A DNA stretch of 64,000 bases from Bacteroidales bacterium (GTDB taxonomy: Bacteria > Bacteroidota > Bacteroidia > Bacteroidales > FEN-979), in assembly GCA_035403225.1 (NCBI GenBank), contig DAONET010000009.1, positions 5,962 to 69,961 of the forward strand, read 5' to 3'. The notes beneath the pieces were generated by a model. That model was not told the DNA's origin and did not search any database. It saw only the letters and a list, made by a program, of their open reading frames with translations. A program made the position numbers and the translations under genes. The first letter of the stretch is position 1. The number at the start of each line of letters is the position of its first letter. Below are positions 26,256 to 36,563 of the stretch, in pieces.

Positions 26256-27179
26256 TTATTTGTTCACCTGGAAGGTACGGTCTCCGGTTTTCAGGAAACG
26301 TACGATCTGGTTAGCAGCAGCAATTCCTGCGTTGATGTTGGCTTCTTCTGTCTGGGCGCCCATTTTCTTCGGTGTAAAGAAGAATCTTCCGTTGAAAGCT
26401 GCTTCAAAGTCTGCTTTGTTGGAAGGAGCAATATCCGACAGATACGCGAAGTCATTCCGCTCTGCGAAAAGCTTTAGTAATTCGGATTCATTGATGACCT
26501 CGGCTCTTGCCGTGTTGACCAGGACAGCCGGTGAGGGCATCCGGGAGAGCAATGCATGATTGATCGACTCCTTGGTCTGGTTGTTAGCCGGGATATGCAA
26601 CGAGACGAAGTTGCAGGTGGCATACAGCTCTTCAACAGTACCAACCCACTTGACGCCGTCTTTTTCAATCTGTTCGCGAGTGAGGAACGGGTCGAACGCA
26701 TAAACTTCCATGCCGAATCCCTGGGCGATACGGGCTACATTTTTCCCTACATTTCCGAAGGCATGAATCCCAAGTTTTTTGCCTTTCAGTTCAAAACCTG
26801 ATTTGCCATTATAAAAATTACGGGCATAATACACCATCATTCCCAACGCCAGTTCAGCGACAGCATTGGAGTTTTGTCCCGGTGTGTTCATCGCGACAAC
26901 TCCTTTATCCGTGGCAGCCTGCAGATCGATATTATCATAACCGGCTCCGGCTCTCACAATGATCTTAAGGTTTTTACCTGCTTCAATCACTTCTTTGGTG
27001 GCTTTGTCGCTGCGGATAATAACAGCGTCAACATCGGCTACAGCTTTGATGAAATCATCGGGGCTTTTGTATCCTTCCAGAAGAACCAGTTCGAAGCCGG
27101 CTTTTTCTACCACTTCTCGAATGCCTTTCACCGCTACCGGTGCAAAAGGCTTATCAGTTGCTACTAAGACTTTTGTCAT
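26256..27179 (-). CDS. serA: D-3-phosphoglycerate dehydrogenase (short 2-hydroxyacid dehydrogenase type)
   Basis: It has an NAD-binding loop (GIHAFGNVGKNVA) and a D-isomer-specific dehydrogenase pattern, and lies 5 bp downstream of serC. Confidence 0.8.
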   Translation of the reverse strand: MTKVLVATDKPFAPVAVKGIREVVEKAGFELVLLEGYKSPDDFIKAVADVDAVIIRSDKATKEVIEAGKNLKIIVRAGAGYDNIDLQAATDKGVVAMNTPGQNSNAVAELALGMMVYYARNFYNGKSGFELKGKKLGIHAFGNVGKNVARIAQGFGMEVYAFDPFLTREQIEKDGVKWVGTVEELYATCNFVSLHIPANNQTKESINHALLSRMPSPAVLVNTARAEVINESELLKLFAERNDFAYLSDIAPSNKADFEAAFNGRFFFTPKKMGAQTEEANINAGIAAANQIVRFLKTGDRTFQVNK

Positions 27180-27184
27180 GACGA

Positions 27185-28255
27185 TTATGCATTGGTTTTT
27201 TCAAATTCTTTCATGCAGTCAATCAGCGCTTGTACGCTCTCGATCGGCAGTGCATTGTACAAAGAAGCACGGAAACCGCCAACAGACCGGTGACCTTTAA
27301 TTCCCACCATGCCTTTGCCTTTGGCAAATTCCATGAAGGCTTCTTCTTTTTCTTTATACTGAGGTTTCATCACAAAGCAGACGTTCATGATAGAACGGGA
27401 GTCTTTTTCAACCGTTCCGACGAACATCCGGCTGTTATCGATGGCATCGTACAGGAGAGATGCTTTGGCCTTATCCATTTCTTCGATCTTGGTAACACCG
27501 CCCAGGCTCTTGATCCAGCGGAGAGTTTCCAGACAGGTGAAGATGTTCACACACGGAGGAGTGTTATACAAGGATCCGCCTTTGATGTGGGTAGCATAGT
27601 TCAGCATCGTGGGGATCTTACGATCAACCTTGCCCAGAACGTCTTCGCGGACGATCACGAAGGTAACGCCGGCAGGACCCAGGTTCTTCTGTGCACCACC
27701 ATAGATGAGGGCATACTTGGAAACATCAACCGGACGGCTGAGGATATCCGATGACATATCAGCTACCAGGGGAACAGGGCTGTCCATGTCATAGCGGATC
27801 TCTGAACCGTAAATGGTGTTGTTGGTGGTGATGTGGAAATAATCGGCATCCGTGGGGATGGTAAATCCTTTGGGGATGTACGTAAAGTTCTTATCAGCCG
27901 ATGATGCGACGATCTGAACTTCTCCCATCATCTGGGCTTCTTTAATGGCCTTCTGTGCCCATACACCGGTTTCCAGGTATGCTGCTTTTTTGTTCAGCAG
28001 ATTGAATGGTACCATGGCAAACTGAAGACTGGCGCCACCTCCCAGGAACAAAACGTGGTACTCTTCGGGGATATGGAGTAATTCCTTGAACAAAGAAACG
28101 GACTCATCGATGATGGCCTGAAAATCTTTTGTCCGGTGAGAGATCTCGAGAAGTGACATGCCAATGCCGTTCAGGTCAAGGATAGCCTTGGCCGTATTTT
28201 CAACTGCTACACGCGGTAAAATGGAGGGGCCGGCATTAAAGTTGTGTTTTTTCAT
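27185..28255 (-). CDS. serC: Phosphoserine aminotransferase
   Basis: The N-terminus [14 protein letters not shown] and the SHR and YGGAQKN motifs are characteristic of SerC. Confidence 0.9.
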   Translation of the reverse strand: MKKHNFNAGPSILPRVAVENTAKAILDLNGIGMSLLEISHRTKDFQAIIDESVSLFKELLHIPEEYHVLFLGGGASLQFAMVPFNLLNKKAAYLETGVWAQKAIKEAQMMGEVQIVASSADKNFTYIPKGFTIPTDADYFHITTNNTIYGSEIRYDMDSPVPLVADMSSDILSRPVDVSKYALIYGGAQKNLGPAGVTFVIVREDVLGKVDRKIPTMLNYATHIKGGSLYNTPPCVNIFTCLETLRWIKSLGGVTKIEEMDKAKASLLYDAIDNSRMFVGTVEKDSRSIMNVCFVMKPQYKEKEEAFMEFAKGKGMVGIKGHRSVGGFRASLYNALPIESVQALIDCMKEFEKTNA

Positions 28256-28340
28256 AGTAAAGAGAATTTAATTTGGTTTGACATTGATTTCCTTTTGCAA
28301 TATTATAAATTAAAAACCATACTCCGGATTGTTCGAAAAT

Positions 28341-28348
28341 CAAAAATA
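28341..28348 (-). promoter_or_regulatory. Candidate -7 box (TATTTTTG on the minus strand) for the serC operon
   Basis: The plus strand reads CAAAAATA, 86 nt upstream of the serC ATG. Confidence 0.3.
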
Positions 28349-28391
28349 AGCCATTTTCACCCAAAAATCAATAGTATTGAAAATTATATTC

Positions 28392-29339
28392 TTAATTTGG
28401 ATTTTTAGGCAAAGATCGGGTCTTTTGGACGGGGTTTCTGGCATCAATTTCTTTCAGCAGATTCCAACACCCGTTTTCGAATACGTATCCATCCATTACG
28501 TCGGAAGAGGGAAGATAGTATTCATACCGCCCTTCCATTTCTGCAGCAGAGGGAAGGATGCGGTCGCAGACGATCATGAACTTACGAATCCTTTTCGTCT
28601 CAAACTGATGACGTGCAGCATCCCATTGCCGGGCTGTCACGACGGCCTGCTTCTCATAGGTGAGCACCATGGATGCTCTGGCTGAGTATCTGAAGATGAT
28701 TCGTTTATCAGGCAGCGGTTTTTCGCTGTTAAAAATGTTGCTCCCGAACAAGATCGAACTGTCGGTCGTGAAGATCATCGGCTCGATCAACCGGGAGCAT
28801 ACCAGCGGACTGATCCCTTTCCAACCCAGCAGCGTATATACGGTACCCTGACCGGGCACTTTTACCGGGATGACCTCATAATAAACGGCTCCGTACCATT
28901 CATCGGGGGCGCCTGCAAATGTTCCGGGCTCGGCGATGGAATCGGTCCGGTCAACAAGCCGGATCACCGTCAGGGAATCATTTTTTTTACCGTTAACCTG
29001 CACCAGTCCGAAATAGCGAAAACCGCCTCCGGTAAGGGGAACCGTCCAGGTGAAAAGCCGGAAACGTGAATCAGAGGCTGTTACGGAAGTAATACCTTTC
29101 AGAGAATCGAAAGGGTAGGAGAAAGAGGATTGTTTTTTCAGGATGGACCCGAAAAAATCGACAAACTGTGTGCTGAGGTCCAGCCGTTCGACGTCATCGG
29201 TTGATTGGCGGATTCCGTCCAGCTTTTTTTTCAGCAGGATCTCTGCATAGGTTTCCGAGCCGGGCTTTTGAGGACAGGCAATGGCAAAGGGGAAAATGAG
29301 CAGAGAGAGGAAAAGTATGGATCTGGTCAAGGCATTCAT
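28392..29339 (-). CDS. Hypothetical secreted protein or lipoprotein
   Basis: It has a signal peptide with a possible lipobox (FPFAIAC). I recognise no catalytic motif. Confidence 0.5.
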   Translation of the reverse strand: MNALTRSILFLSLLIFPFAIACPQKPGSETYAEILLKKKLDGIRQSTDDVERLDLSTQFVDFFGSILKKQSSFSYPFDSLKGITSVTASDSRFRLFTWTVPLTGGGFRYFGLVQVNGKKNDSLTVIRLVDRTDSIAEPGTFAGAPDEWYGAVYYEVIPVKVPGQGTVYTLLGWKGISPLVCSRLIEPMIFTTDSSILFGSNIFNSEKPLPDKRIIFRYSARASMVLTYEKQAVVTARQWDAARHQFETKRIRKFMIVCDRILPSAAEMEGRYEYYLPSSDVMDGYVFENGCWNLLKEIDARNPVQKTRSLPKNPN

Positions 29340-29350
29340 TTTTGAATGTG

Positions 29351-29358
29351 TAAATTTG
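29351..29358 (+). promoter_or_regulatory. Candidate -7 box (TAAATTTG) for the acyl-CoA reductase gene
   Basis: It lies inside the 5' end of the track ORF, which argues for a downstream start at the ATG at 29367 or 29382. Confidence 0.4.
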
Positions 29359-29381
29359 CAAAAATTATGGATGCCGGAAAA

Positions 29382-30419
29382 ATGAATGCTGAAAATCGAA
29401 TCGAATCATTTGTGTCAGTGGGCGCCAGACTGGGTTGTTATGCGGATGATCCCGTTCTTTCGGAAGCAGTACGCCTGGCGGGAGCGGAAAACCCCTGGTT
29501 CACGCCGGGGTTTCTCGATCATGCCCTGAAAGCCTGGGCCCGGGTTCTTACCCGCAAAAACCTGACAGAATGGCTGATTCCCTACGGAGGAAGGGTAGGG
29601 GAAAGCAATCCTCCCAGGACCATTGCCGTCGTCATGGCCGGGAATATTCCCATGGTGGGATTCCACGATATGTTGTGTGTGCTGATCTCCGGCAACCGTC
29701 TGAGAGCCAAACTTTCCTCGCAGGACCAGCGCTTGCTGCCGGTCATCGGGTCGTTGCTGGAACAGGTTGACCCTGAATGGAAAGAGTTCATCTCGTTTAC
29801 TAACGGACCGCTATCGGATTTTGATGCAGTCATCGCCACCGGAAGCGACAATACTTCCCGTTATTTCGATTTTTACTTCGGAAAATATCCGCATATCATT
29901 CGCAAAAACCGGAACAGCGTGGCTGTTTTGACCGGACATGAGACCTCCGGCGAACTGGCTGACCTGGCCGACGATGTGTTTCTTTATTTTGGCAGGGGCT
30001 GCCGGAATGTATCGAAGATCTTCCTCCCGAAGGATTATGACCCGGGAAATCTTCAGGAAGCCTTCAACAAATACATCGATCTGTACCATCATAACAAATA
30101 CCGGAATAACCTTGATTATCAGAAATCTATCTACCTCCTGAATAATATTCCTTATTATGACGGTGGTTTTTTTCTGATGACCTCTTCAACAGTGATGGCT
30201 TCTCCGGTATCGGTCATTCACTATGAGTATTATACCGACATCTCTTCCGTGCTCAACGTAATTGAACACGAAAAGGAACACCTGCAATGTGTGGTGGCGG
30301 CAGGGAAGATGGCTCCCGGAGCAGTAGAACCGGGCCGGACACAACTTCCCGGGTTGGCTGATTATGCCGATGGCGCAGATACCCTGATCTTCCTTACAGA
30401 AAAAATTAACAATCACTGA
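29382..30419 (+). CDS. LuxC-like acyl-CoA reductase family protein
   Basis: The overall pattern matches the Bacteroidota acyl-CoA reductase (LuxC) family (MNAENRIESFV..LG start, GNIPMVGFHD). The start is uncertain among 29346, 29367 and 29382. Confidence 0.6.
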   Translation: MNAENRIESFVSVGARLGCYADDPVLSEAVRLAGAENPWFTPGFLDHALKAWARVLTRKNLTEWLIPYGGRVGESNPPRTIAVVMAGNIPMVGFHDMLCVLISGNRLRAKLSSQDQRLLPVIGSLLEQVDPEWKEFISFTNGPLSDFDAVIATGSDNTSRYFDFYFGKYPHIIRKNRNSVAVLTGHETSGELADLADDVFLYFGRGCRNVSKIFLPKDYDPGNLQEAFNKYIDLYHHNKYRNNLDYQKSIYLLNNIPYYDGGFFLMTSSTVMASPVSVIHYEYYTDISSVLNVIEHEKEHLQCVVAAGKMAPGAVEPGRTQLPGLADYADGADTLIFLTEKINNH

Positions 30420-30443
30420 TATTGGAGTTTCAAATAAATTCTT

Positions 30444-30451
30444 TATCTTTG
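30444..30451 (+). promoter_or_regulatory. Candidate -7 box (TATCTTTG) for the L31 gene
   Basis: It fits TAnnTTTG and lies 30 nt upstream of the ATG. Confidence 0.5.
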
Positions 30452-30481
30452 CACCCTTGTTTCTAAAAACCAAATGTTGAA

Positions 30482-30754
30482 ATGAAAAAAGATATTCATC
30501 CGAAGGATTACCGCCTGGTTGTATTTAAAGACATGTCGAATGATTATGCCTTTTTGTCGAAATCCACAGTGAAAACCAAAGAAACCATTGTATGGGAAGA
30601 CGGCGTGGAGTATCCTCTTGTTAAGCTTGAAATCTCTCACACCTCGCATCCTTTCTATACCGGTAAAATGAAGCTGGTTGACACCGCCGGTCGTGTTGAT
30701 AAGTTCAAGAGTCGTTATGCAAAACATATTGAACAGCAGAAGAACAACAAGTAA
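30482..30754 (+). CDS. rpmE: 50S ribosomal protein L31, type B (no Cys zinc ribbon)
   Basis: The motifs are [10 protein letters not shown] and HPFYTGK, and the sequence contains no cysteines. Confidence 0.9.
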   Translation: MKKDIHPKDYRLVVFKDMSNDYAFLSKSTVKTKETIVWEDGVEYPLVKLEISHTSHPFYTGKMKLVDTAGRVDKFKSRYAKHIEQQKNNK

Positions 30755-30775
30755 TTTTTCTTACATAGAATAAAC

Positions 30776-30811
30776 AGCCTTCATAATTCGTTACTATGAA
30801 GGCTTTTTTTA
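30776..30811 (+). terminator. Rho-independent terminator after the L31 gene
   Basis: A 10-bp stem (agccttcata / tatgaaggct) with a 9-nt loop is followed by a T7 tract. Confidence 0.8.
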
Positions 30812-30822
30812 TGTCATTTTTC

Positions 30823-30830
30823 TACCTTTG
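30823..30830 (+). promoter_or_regulatory. Candidate -7 box (TACCTTTG) for the nucleotidyltransferase gene
   Basis: It fits TAnnTTTG and lies 44 nt upstream of the ATG. Confidence 0.45.
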
Positions 30831-30874
30831 CATAAGTTGTCATGCTGAAAGTGAAAATTTAACCTGATTGACCC

Positions 30875-32065
30875 ATGAACTATATTTTATTTGACGAAAG
30901 CAATGTGAAAACGAATCTGCTCCCGTTGACATTCATGCGCCCGGTAGCCGATATCCGTATAGGCATCCTGACTATCCGGGAGAAATGGGAGAAGATGTTG
31001 AAAACCAAAACTTCAACATTGACAGATGGATATCTGTCAAGGAAGTTCCCGATCGTAAAGGAGAAAGAGAACATCCTGATCAACGGATCCGTGTGTCCTA
31101 CGGAAGAGATCATTGTGGCCATTAAAAAGCTGAAGCCAAACCAGACGCTGGTACATGGTGAAACGATCATAGCCCTGAGTGTTTCCGAAGAAGAAGTGGA
31201 GAACCTCGGCGATGCAAGTGCTGAAGGGATTGAGGAGATTGCGGTGAACAATCCGCCTGTCCGTATCAATAATCCGTGGGATATTTTTGTCAGAAACGAT
31301 ACCGCCATCCGCGATGATTACAAGCTACTCACCAAAGGCCGGAAATCACAGGCACTGAGCGAGACCAACCGGGTGCTGGGAGCTGAGAATGTTTTCGTTG
31401 AAAAGGGAGCAAGGGTGGAATGCGCTATTTTAAATGCCACGAACGGCCCTATATATATCGGCAAAGATGCCGAGATCATGGAAGGTGCCGTGATCCGCGG
31501 ACCTTTCGCTCTTTGCGAAGGGGCTCAGGTGAAAATGTCGGCCAAGATCTACGGGCCTACCACCATTGGTCCCAGATCCCGGGTAGGAGGAGAGGTGAAC
31601 AACAGCGTCTTTTTTGGATATTCCAATAAAGCTCATGACGGGTTCCTCGGACATTCTGTCATAGCCGAATGGTGTAACCTCGGAGCCGATACCAATACCT
31701 CGAACCTGAAAAACACCTATGATGAGGTTCGCTTATGGAGCTATTCCAAGAGAACGTTCATCAACACAAACCTGCAATTCTGCGGACTGATCATGGGCGA
31801 TCACTCCAAATGCGGCATCAATACCATGTTTAATACAGGAACCGTAGTAGGAGTCAACGTGAATATCTTTGGCCCTGGTTTCCAGCGGAATTTCATTCCT
31901 TCTTTCATCTGGGGCGGCACTTCGGGACATATGGATTATGACCTGAAAAAGGCCATTGAGGTCGCTGAAATCGTTTACAAAAGAAGAAACCTCAACATGG
32001 ATGAGGTCGATAAAGAATTACTTACAAGCGTTTATAATCTGACACTGAAAAACAAGAGGCTCTGA
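30875..32065 (+). CDS. Putative sugar nucleotidyltransferase with a left-handed beta-helix (GlmU-like family)
   Basis: The N-terminus reads LLPLTFMRPVADIRIGILTIREKWE. The C-terminal half contains hexapeptide repeats (IGKDAEIMEGAVIRGP..., VGGEVNNSVF). Confidence 0.6.
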   Translation: MNYILFDESNVKTNLLPLTFMRPVADIRIGILTIREKWEKMLKTKTSTLTDGYLSRKFPIVKEKENILINGSVCPTEEIIVAIKKLKPNQTLVHGETIIALSVSEEEVENLGDASAEGIEEIAVNNPPVRINNPWDIFVRNDTAIRDDYKLLTKGRKSQALSETNRVLGAENVFVEKGARVECAILNATNGPIYIGKDAEIMEGAVIRGPFALCEGAQVKMSAKIYGPTTIGPRSRVGGEVNNSVFFGYSNKAHDGFLGHSVIAEWCNLGADTNTSNLKNTYDEVRLWSYSKRTFINTNLQFCGLIMGDHSKCGINTMFNTGTVVGVNVNIFGPGFQRNFIPSFIWGGTSGHMDYDLKKAIEVAEIVYKRRNLNMDEVDKELLTSVYNLTLKNKRL

Positions 32066-32152
32066 GAAGAACCTCTTTCTTGGCACGGTAATTGCAATAC
32101 CCCGTTTCCAATCCTACAAAGAAACGCAGTGACAATTTGACGCAAACTCATT

Positions 32153-34609
32153 ATGGAATTCAATGAACAAATTTCCCCGTTCGGGCTCTCCGATCTGATG
32201 GATCCGGAGGGAGATTTTATCCCCCTGCTTTCGGCCGAAGACGAAGAAGCTATGAACGCCGAAGAAGTCCCCGAAGTGCTTCCGGTGTTGCCACTACGGA
32301 ATACGGTCTTATTCCCCGGCGTGGTCATCCCCATCACTGTGGGGCGCGATAAATCAATCCGTCTCATACGCGAATACTATAAGAAAAGCAGGATCATCGG
32401 CGTGGTCTCTCAGAAAGATCCCAATGTGGAAGATCCTGAATTCGCCGATCTGAATACGATAGGTACCGTTGCCTATATTCTGAAGATTTTGCAGATGCCG
32501 GATGGCAATACTACTGCAATTATCCAGGGGAAACGCCGCTTCAGCATCATCGATATGATCCAGGCAGATCCTTATATCATGGCTTCTGTCAAGGCGTATG
32601 ATCCGGCTCCTGAAACCGCTCCCGACACCAGTGAATTCAAAGCGCTGATCTCGTCGCTGAAAGACCTGGCTATCCAGGTAATCCAGAAATCACCCAGCCT
32701 CCCGACAGAAGCTGCTTTCGCTATCAAGAATATCGAAAGCCCTGCCTTCACGGTTCATTTCATTTCGTCGAACCTGACACTTGATGTGAACGAAAAGCAG
32801 AAGATTCTCGAAATACGCGAGATGACCGAGAGAGCCAACCTGGTGCTGTCGTATCTTACGAAAGAATTGCAATTGCTGGATCTGAAACAACAGATACAGA
32901 ATAAGGTGAAGATAGACCTGGACAAACAACAGCGTGATTTTCTGCTCAATCAGCAGTTGAAAACGATCCAGGAGGAACTGGGGGGCGCTCCCAATGCCCA
33001 GGAGTTGAATGCCCTGACATCGCAGGCCGAAGAGAAGAAATGGTCGAAAGAAGTGCGCGAAGTATTTGACCGGGAAATGGCCAAACTGCAAAGGATGCAC
33101 CCTGCCGCTGCCGAATACTCCACACAGGCAAACTATATTGAGACACTGGTTCAACTTCCCTGGGGAGAGTTCACTCCCGATAATTTCGATCTGGAACATG
33201 CCCAGGAGGTGCTGGATGAAGATCACTACGGTCTTGAAAAAGTAAAACAGCGCATCATCGAATACCTGGCAGTGATCAAGCTGAAAAAGGACCTGAAATC
33301 ACCCATTCTTTGTTTAGTAGGCCCCCCGGGCGTCGGAAAGACCTCACTCGGGAAATCCGTTGCCAGGGCTTTGGGACGGAAATATATCCGGGTCTCGCTG
33401 GGTGGATTGCGCGACGAATCGGAACTGCGTGGACACCGTAAAACCTATATAGGCGCTATGCCGGGCCGGATCATCCAAAGCCTGAAAAAAGTCAAAACAT
33501 CCAACCCGGTTTTTGTCCTGGATGAAATCGATAAGGTATCGGGCATGAACATCAATGGCGATCCTCAGGCCGCTTTATTGGAAGTTCTTGATCCTGAGCA
33601 GAATAATGCTTTTCATGATAACTATCTTGAGGTAGAATATGATCTTTCCCGCATCATGTTCATTGCCACCGCCAATACCCTTACGACCATTCATCCTGCG
33701 TTACGCGACAGGATGGAGATCATCGAACTTCCCGGATACCTGCTGGAGGAAAAGATCGAGATCGCTAACCGTCATCTCGTTCCCAAGCAACTGTCGGAAC
33801 ACGGGATGAAGAAAAACCAGTTCACCTTCAGCCGGGAGGTTCTGACAAATATCGTCGAAGATTATACCCGTGAATCGGGTGTCAGGATGCTCGAGAAATC
33901 GATTGCCAAGATCATACGCAGCAGGGCAAAATCCATCGTCATGAAGGAAAAGGCCGGCAAAGCCATCACCACTAAAGATTTAAGTAAGATACTCGGGGCT
34001 CCTGTATTTCAGGCAGAAAAGAGCATCTCGAATGAGATTGCCGGGGTGGTGACAGGCCTTGCCTGGACCGTATACGGGGGGGAGATACTCTTCGTGGAAG
34101 CCAGCCTGAGTCAGGGGAAAGGTGGTTTGACGCTGACGGGGAATCTGGGGGATGTTATGAAAGAATCGGCTTCGATCGCCCTCGCATACCTCAAAGCACA
34201 TTCAAGAGATTTCGGTATCGATCCCAATGTCTTTAAAAAATGGGATATTCATATTCACGTTCCGGAGGGAGCTACCCCGAAGGACGGACCTTCAGCCGGC
34301 ATCACCATGTTTACGGCACTGGCTTCTGTTTTCACCCAGCGGAAGATTAAACCGAAACTTGCAATGACAGGAGAAATTACGTTGAGAGGCAAGGTTTTAC
34401 CGGTTGGTGGTGTTCGTGAAAAAATTCTGGCTGCCAAACGTGCAAAGATCACCGATATTCTTCTTTCCGTCGAAAACCGGAAGGATATAGAGGAGATCAA
34501 AAAAGAGTATATAGAGGGCCTCCGTTTTCATTATATCGATGAAATGAAAGAGATCAATACAGAGGCATTAATGAAGATCAAAGTAGATCACCCGGTAAAA
34601 CTGATGTGA
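32153..34609 (+). CDS. lon: ATP-dependent Lon protease (LonA type)
   Basis: It has a LON N-domain, Walker A GPPGVGKTS, the catalytic serine PKDGPSAGITM and a downstream lysine (GGVREKILAAKRA). Confidence 0.95.
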   Translation: MEFNEQISPFGLSDLMDPEGDFIPLLSAEDEEAMNAEEVPEVLPVLPLRNTVLFPGVVIPITVGRDKSIRLIREYYKKSRIIGVVSQKDPNVEDPEFADLNTIGTVAYILKILQMPDGNTTAIIQGKRRFSIIDMIQADPYIMASVKAYDPAPETAPDTSEFKALISSLKDLAIQVIQKSPSLPTEAAFAIKNIESPAFTVHFISSNLTLDVNEKQKILEIREMTERANLVLSYLTKELQLLDLKQQIQNKVKIDLDKQQRDFLLNQQLKTIQEELGGAPNAQELNALTSQAEEKKWSKEVREVFDREMAKLQRMHPAAAEYSTQANYIETLVQLPWGEFTPDNFDLEHAQEVLDEDHYGLEKVKQRIIEYLAVIKLKKDLKSPILCLVGPPGVGKTSLGKSVARALGRKYIRVSLGGLRDESELRGHRKTYIGAMPGRIIQSLKKVKTSNPVFVLDEIDKVSGMNINGDPQAALLEVLDPEQNNAFHDNYLEVEYDLSRIMFIATANTLTTIHPALRDRMEIIELPGYLLEEKIEIANRHLVPKQLSEHGMKKNQFTFSREVLTNIVEDYTRESGVRMLEKSIAKIIRSRAKSIVMKEKAGKAITTKDLSKILGAPVFQAEKSISNEIAGVVTGLAWTVYGGEILFVEASLSQGKGGLTLTGNLGDVMKESASIALAYLKAHSRDFGIDPNVFKKWDIHIHVPEGATPKDGPSAGITMFTALASVFTQRKIKPKLAMTGEITLRGKVLPVGGVREKILAAKRAKITDILLSVENRKDIEEIKKEYIEGLRFHYIDEMKEINTEALMKIKVDHPVKLM

Positions 34610-34617
34610 CCCGGGGT

Positions 34618-36555
34618 TTATTTTACCACCACCATCTTTCTGGTCAGGGAAAACTTTCCGGCATCCATACGGCAGAAATAGATGCCGGGAGAGAGGGTGT
34701 CGTCATACAGAAGATACCGGTAGGTTCCAGGATAATGATGCCCGTTCACGGCTGTCAATAGTGTTTTTCCTTCCGAATTGATAATGTCGATCTTCACCGG
34801 CGAATATTCTTTCACCTGATAAATGATGGCTGTCTGGTTAGAAAATGGATTCGGTTCATTCTGACGAAGGTCAAATCCGCTATCTGAGCCGGGTTCGTTG
34901 ATGGCAACGACGGTGGTGGCTTCTTTCAGGACAATTTTCCGGTCGGGGTCAAACTCGAGAGCGACCGGATTTTTGGATACAGTAAACGTAAATGTCTGAG
35001 GATTAGTCTCATTCCACACGGTGATCAGGGTGTCGGTCCCATCCTGGAAGGATATCTTTATTTCTACCGGCATCCGGAAGAACAGGGTATTGGTTTGTGT
35101 CTGTTCTACTTCCAACCTTACGTTCCATTGTCCGTTACCAAGGTCGTCAATCTCATACAAATTGCTGTATACCGGGTGATTAGGAGCATAAATCCATTCG
35201 TTGAAGAACCATTGGTAATCTTGTCCGGTCACCTGGTTAACAACCCCGATAAAATCGGTTGTGATCGCGTTTTTAAACCTGAAATTAGTATCGGAAGCAT
35301 AGGCAGCCATTACCTGGAAGAACAAAGAGTCGCCCAACACATAACGAAGTTGATGGAGAACGCAGCACCCTTTGTTGTAAGAGATGGCCTGATTGTAAAG
35401 TGAATTGGAATTGGGGGTAACAATTGCCCAAACCGGGTTATAGACAGGCCATCCGGGGTTATTCTGCAGGTAGTAATTTGCTTCGGAATTGATTCTGTTT
35501 TTATAGGTTGTGTACCCGGCAGCGTACTCTGCCCACAGGTCGGTGCAGTAGGTCCCGAATCCTTCGTTGAGCCAGATGTCGGCCCACGTCCCGCAGGTGA
35601 TCAGGTCGCCAAACCACTGATGTGAGTGCTCATGTGCCAGCAGGTAGGTGTCGCCGTAACCTCCGGGCATCAGGTTCACCATGGTCTGGTTTTCCATACC
35701 TCCCCAGGGGAAGAGGGCATTCAGAGTGGCGAAGCCGATTTTGTTAAACGGGTAATCCCCGAATTTCTCTTCATAGCAGGTAGTGATTTGCGGGATTTTT
35801 TCCTGTGCATTGGCGATGGATTCTGTGCTTTTGCAATAGAGCCAGATCGGAATGCTGTCGGCCGGGTTATGTACCGGATGATACCACGTTTCGTTCCGTC
35901 CCCAGGTGATTTTCGAACAGATGGTCACCAGATAGGTGGAGACCTGTTGATCGTTGATCCAGTGATACCAGAGCGAATCCCCCGAGATGGTCGAGTCGGC
36001 GAGGTAACCTCCCGAGCCAAGCCTTGCTGATAGCGGGACCTTCACGGTGATTTCCGTTGTCGCTTTGTCAGAAGGACGATCCCAGCATGGGAACCATTTA
36101 CGGGCTCCTTCGGGTGGATTATCCGTAAATACAGTACCCGAGGCAGCATAGAATCCATGATCGTTCGCATCCTTATGCTTGTAAGAGATCCTTACTGTTA
36201 CCACTTCTCCGGGAGCATAGGTCCGGTTGAGCAACACCTTCAACGTGTCGCCGGAATGGGTGAAGGATGTCCCGGCCAGTCCTACGCTGTCAACATCCAT
36301 GGAAGTGTTGACGGCATTCAGACTGATGGCGTTCAGTGCCGTATCCACCCGGAATGTCACTTCTTCCTTGCCGGTAAAGTCATCGGCGTATGGGGTGAAA
36401 AAGCAATGGTAGATGTCGAGGTTCAGCTTGTAATTCAGCACATCGTAGCTGTGCTTCATAAAATATGTAGCGGTATCGACAGTCACAGAGGCAGTTGCAA
36501 AGAAGGGGCTTACGATGAGGAGAAAGAAAAACGGGACGAAGCGATTTCTTTTCAT
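34618..36555 (-). CDS. M1 family zinc aminopeptidase with a T9SS C-terminal sorting domain
   Basis: It has a signal peptide, HEHSHQWFGD...WLNEGF (HExxH-x18-E), and a C-terminus NEPNPFSNQTAIIY...IYFCRM. Confidence 0.85.
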   Translation of the reverse strand: MKRNRFVPFFFLLIVSPFFATASVTVDTATYFMKHSYDVLNYKLNLDIYHCFFTPYADDFTGKEEVTFRVDTALNAISLNAVNTSMDVDSVGLAGTSFTHSGDTLKVLLNRTYAPGEVVTVRISYKHKDANDHGFYAASGTVFTDNPPEGARKWFPCWDRPSDKATTEITVKVPLSARLGSGGYLADSTISGDSLWYHWINDQQVSTYLVTICSKITWGRNETWYHPVHNPADSIPIWLYCKSTESIANAQEKIPQITTCYEEKFGDYPFNKIGFATLNALFPWGGMENQTMVNLMPGGYGDTYLLAHEHSHQWFGDLITCGTWADIWLNEGFGTYCTDLWAEYAAGYTTYKNRINSEANYYLQNNPGWPVYNPVWAIVTPNSNSLYNQAISYNKGCCVLHQLRYVLGDSLFFQVMAAYASDTNFRFKNAITTDFIGVVNQVTGQDYQWFFNEWIYAPNHPVYSNLYEIDDLGNGQWNVRLEVEQTQTNTLFFRMPVEIKISFQDGTDTLITVWNETNPQTFTFTVSKNPVALEFDPDRKIVLKEATTVVAINEPGSDSGFDLRQNEPNPFSNQTAIIYQVKEYSPVKIDIINSEGKTLLTAVNGHHYPGTYRYLLYDDTLSPGIYFCRMDAGKFSLTRKMVVVK

Positions 36556-36563
36556 ATGAATAA

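Noticed and set aside
30482-30754. L31 type B as a zinc-starvation (Zur-regulated) paralogue.
   Set aside because: No palindromic Zur-like operator is evident upstream, only a standard TATCTTTG box. I cannot see whether a type A copy exists elsewhere. From memory, type B is commonly the sole L31 in this phylum.
32153-34609. Lon as a defence-associated Lon-like protease (BrxL-type).
   Set aside because: It has the full housekeeping LonA architecture (LON N-domain, AAA+, Ser-Lys dyad). It sits among core genes with no BREX or other defence partners.
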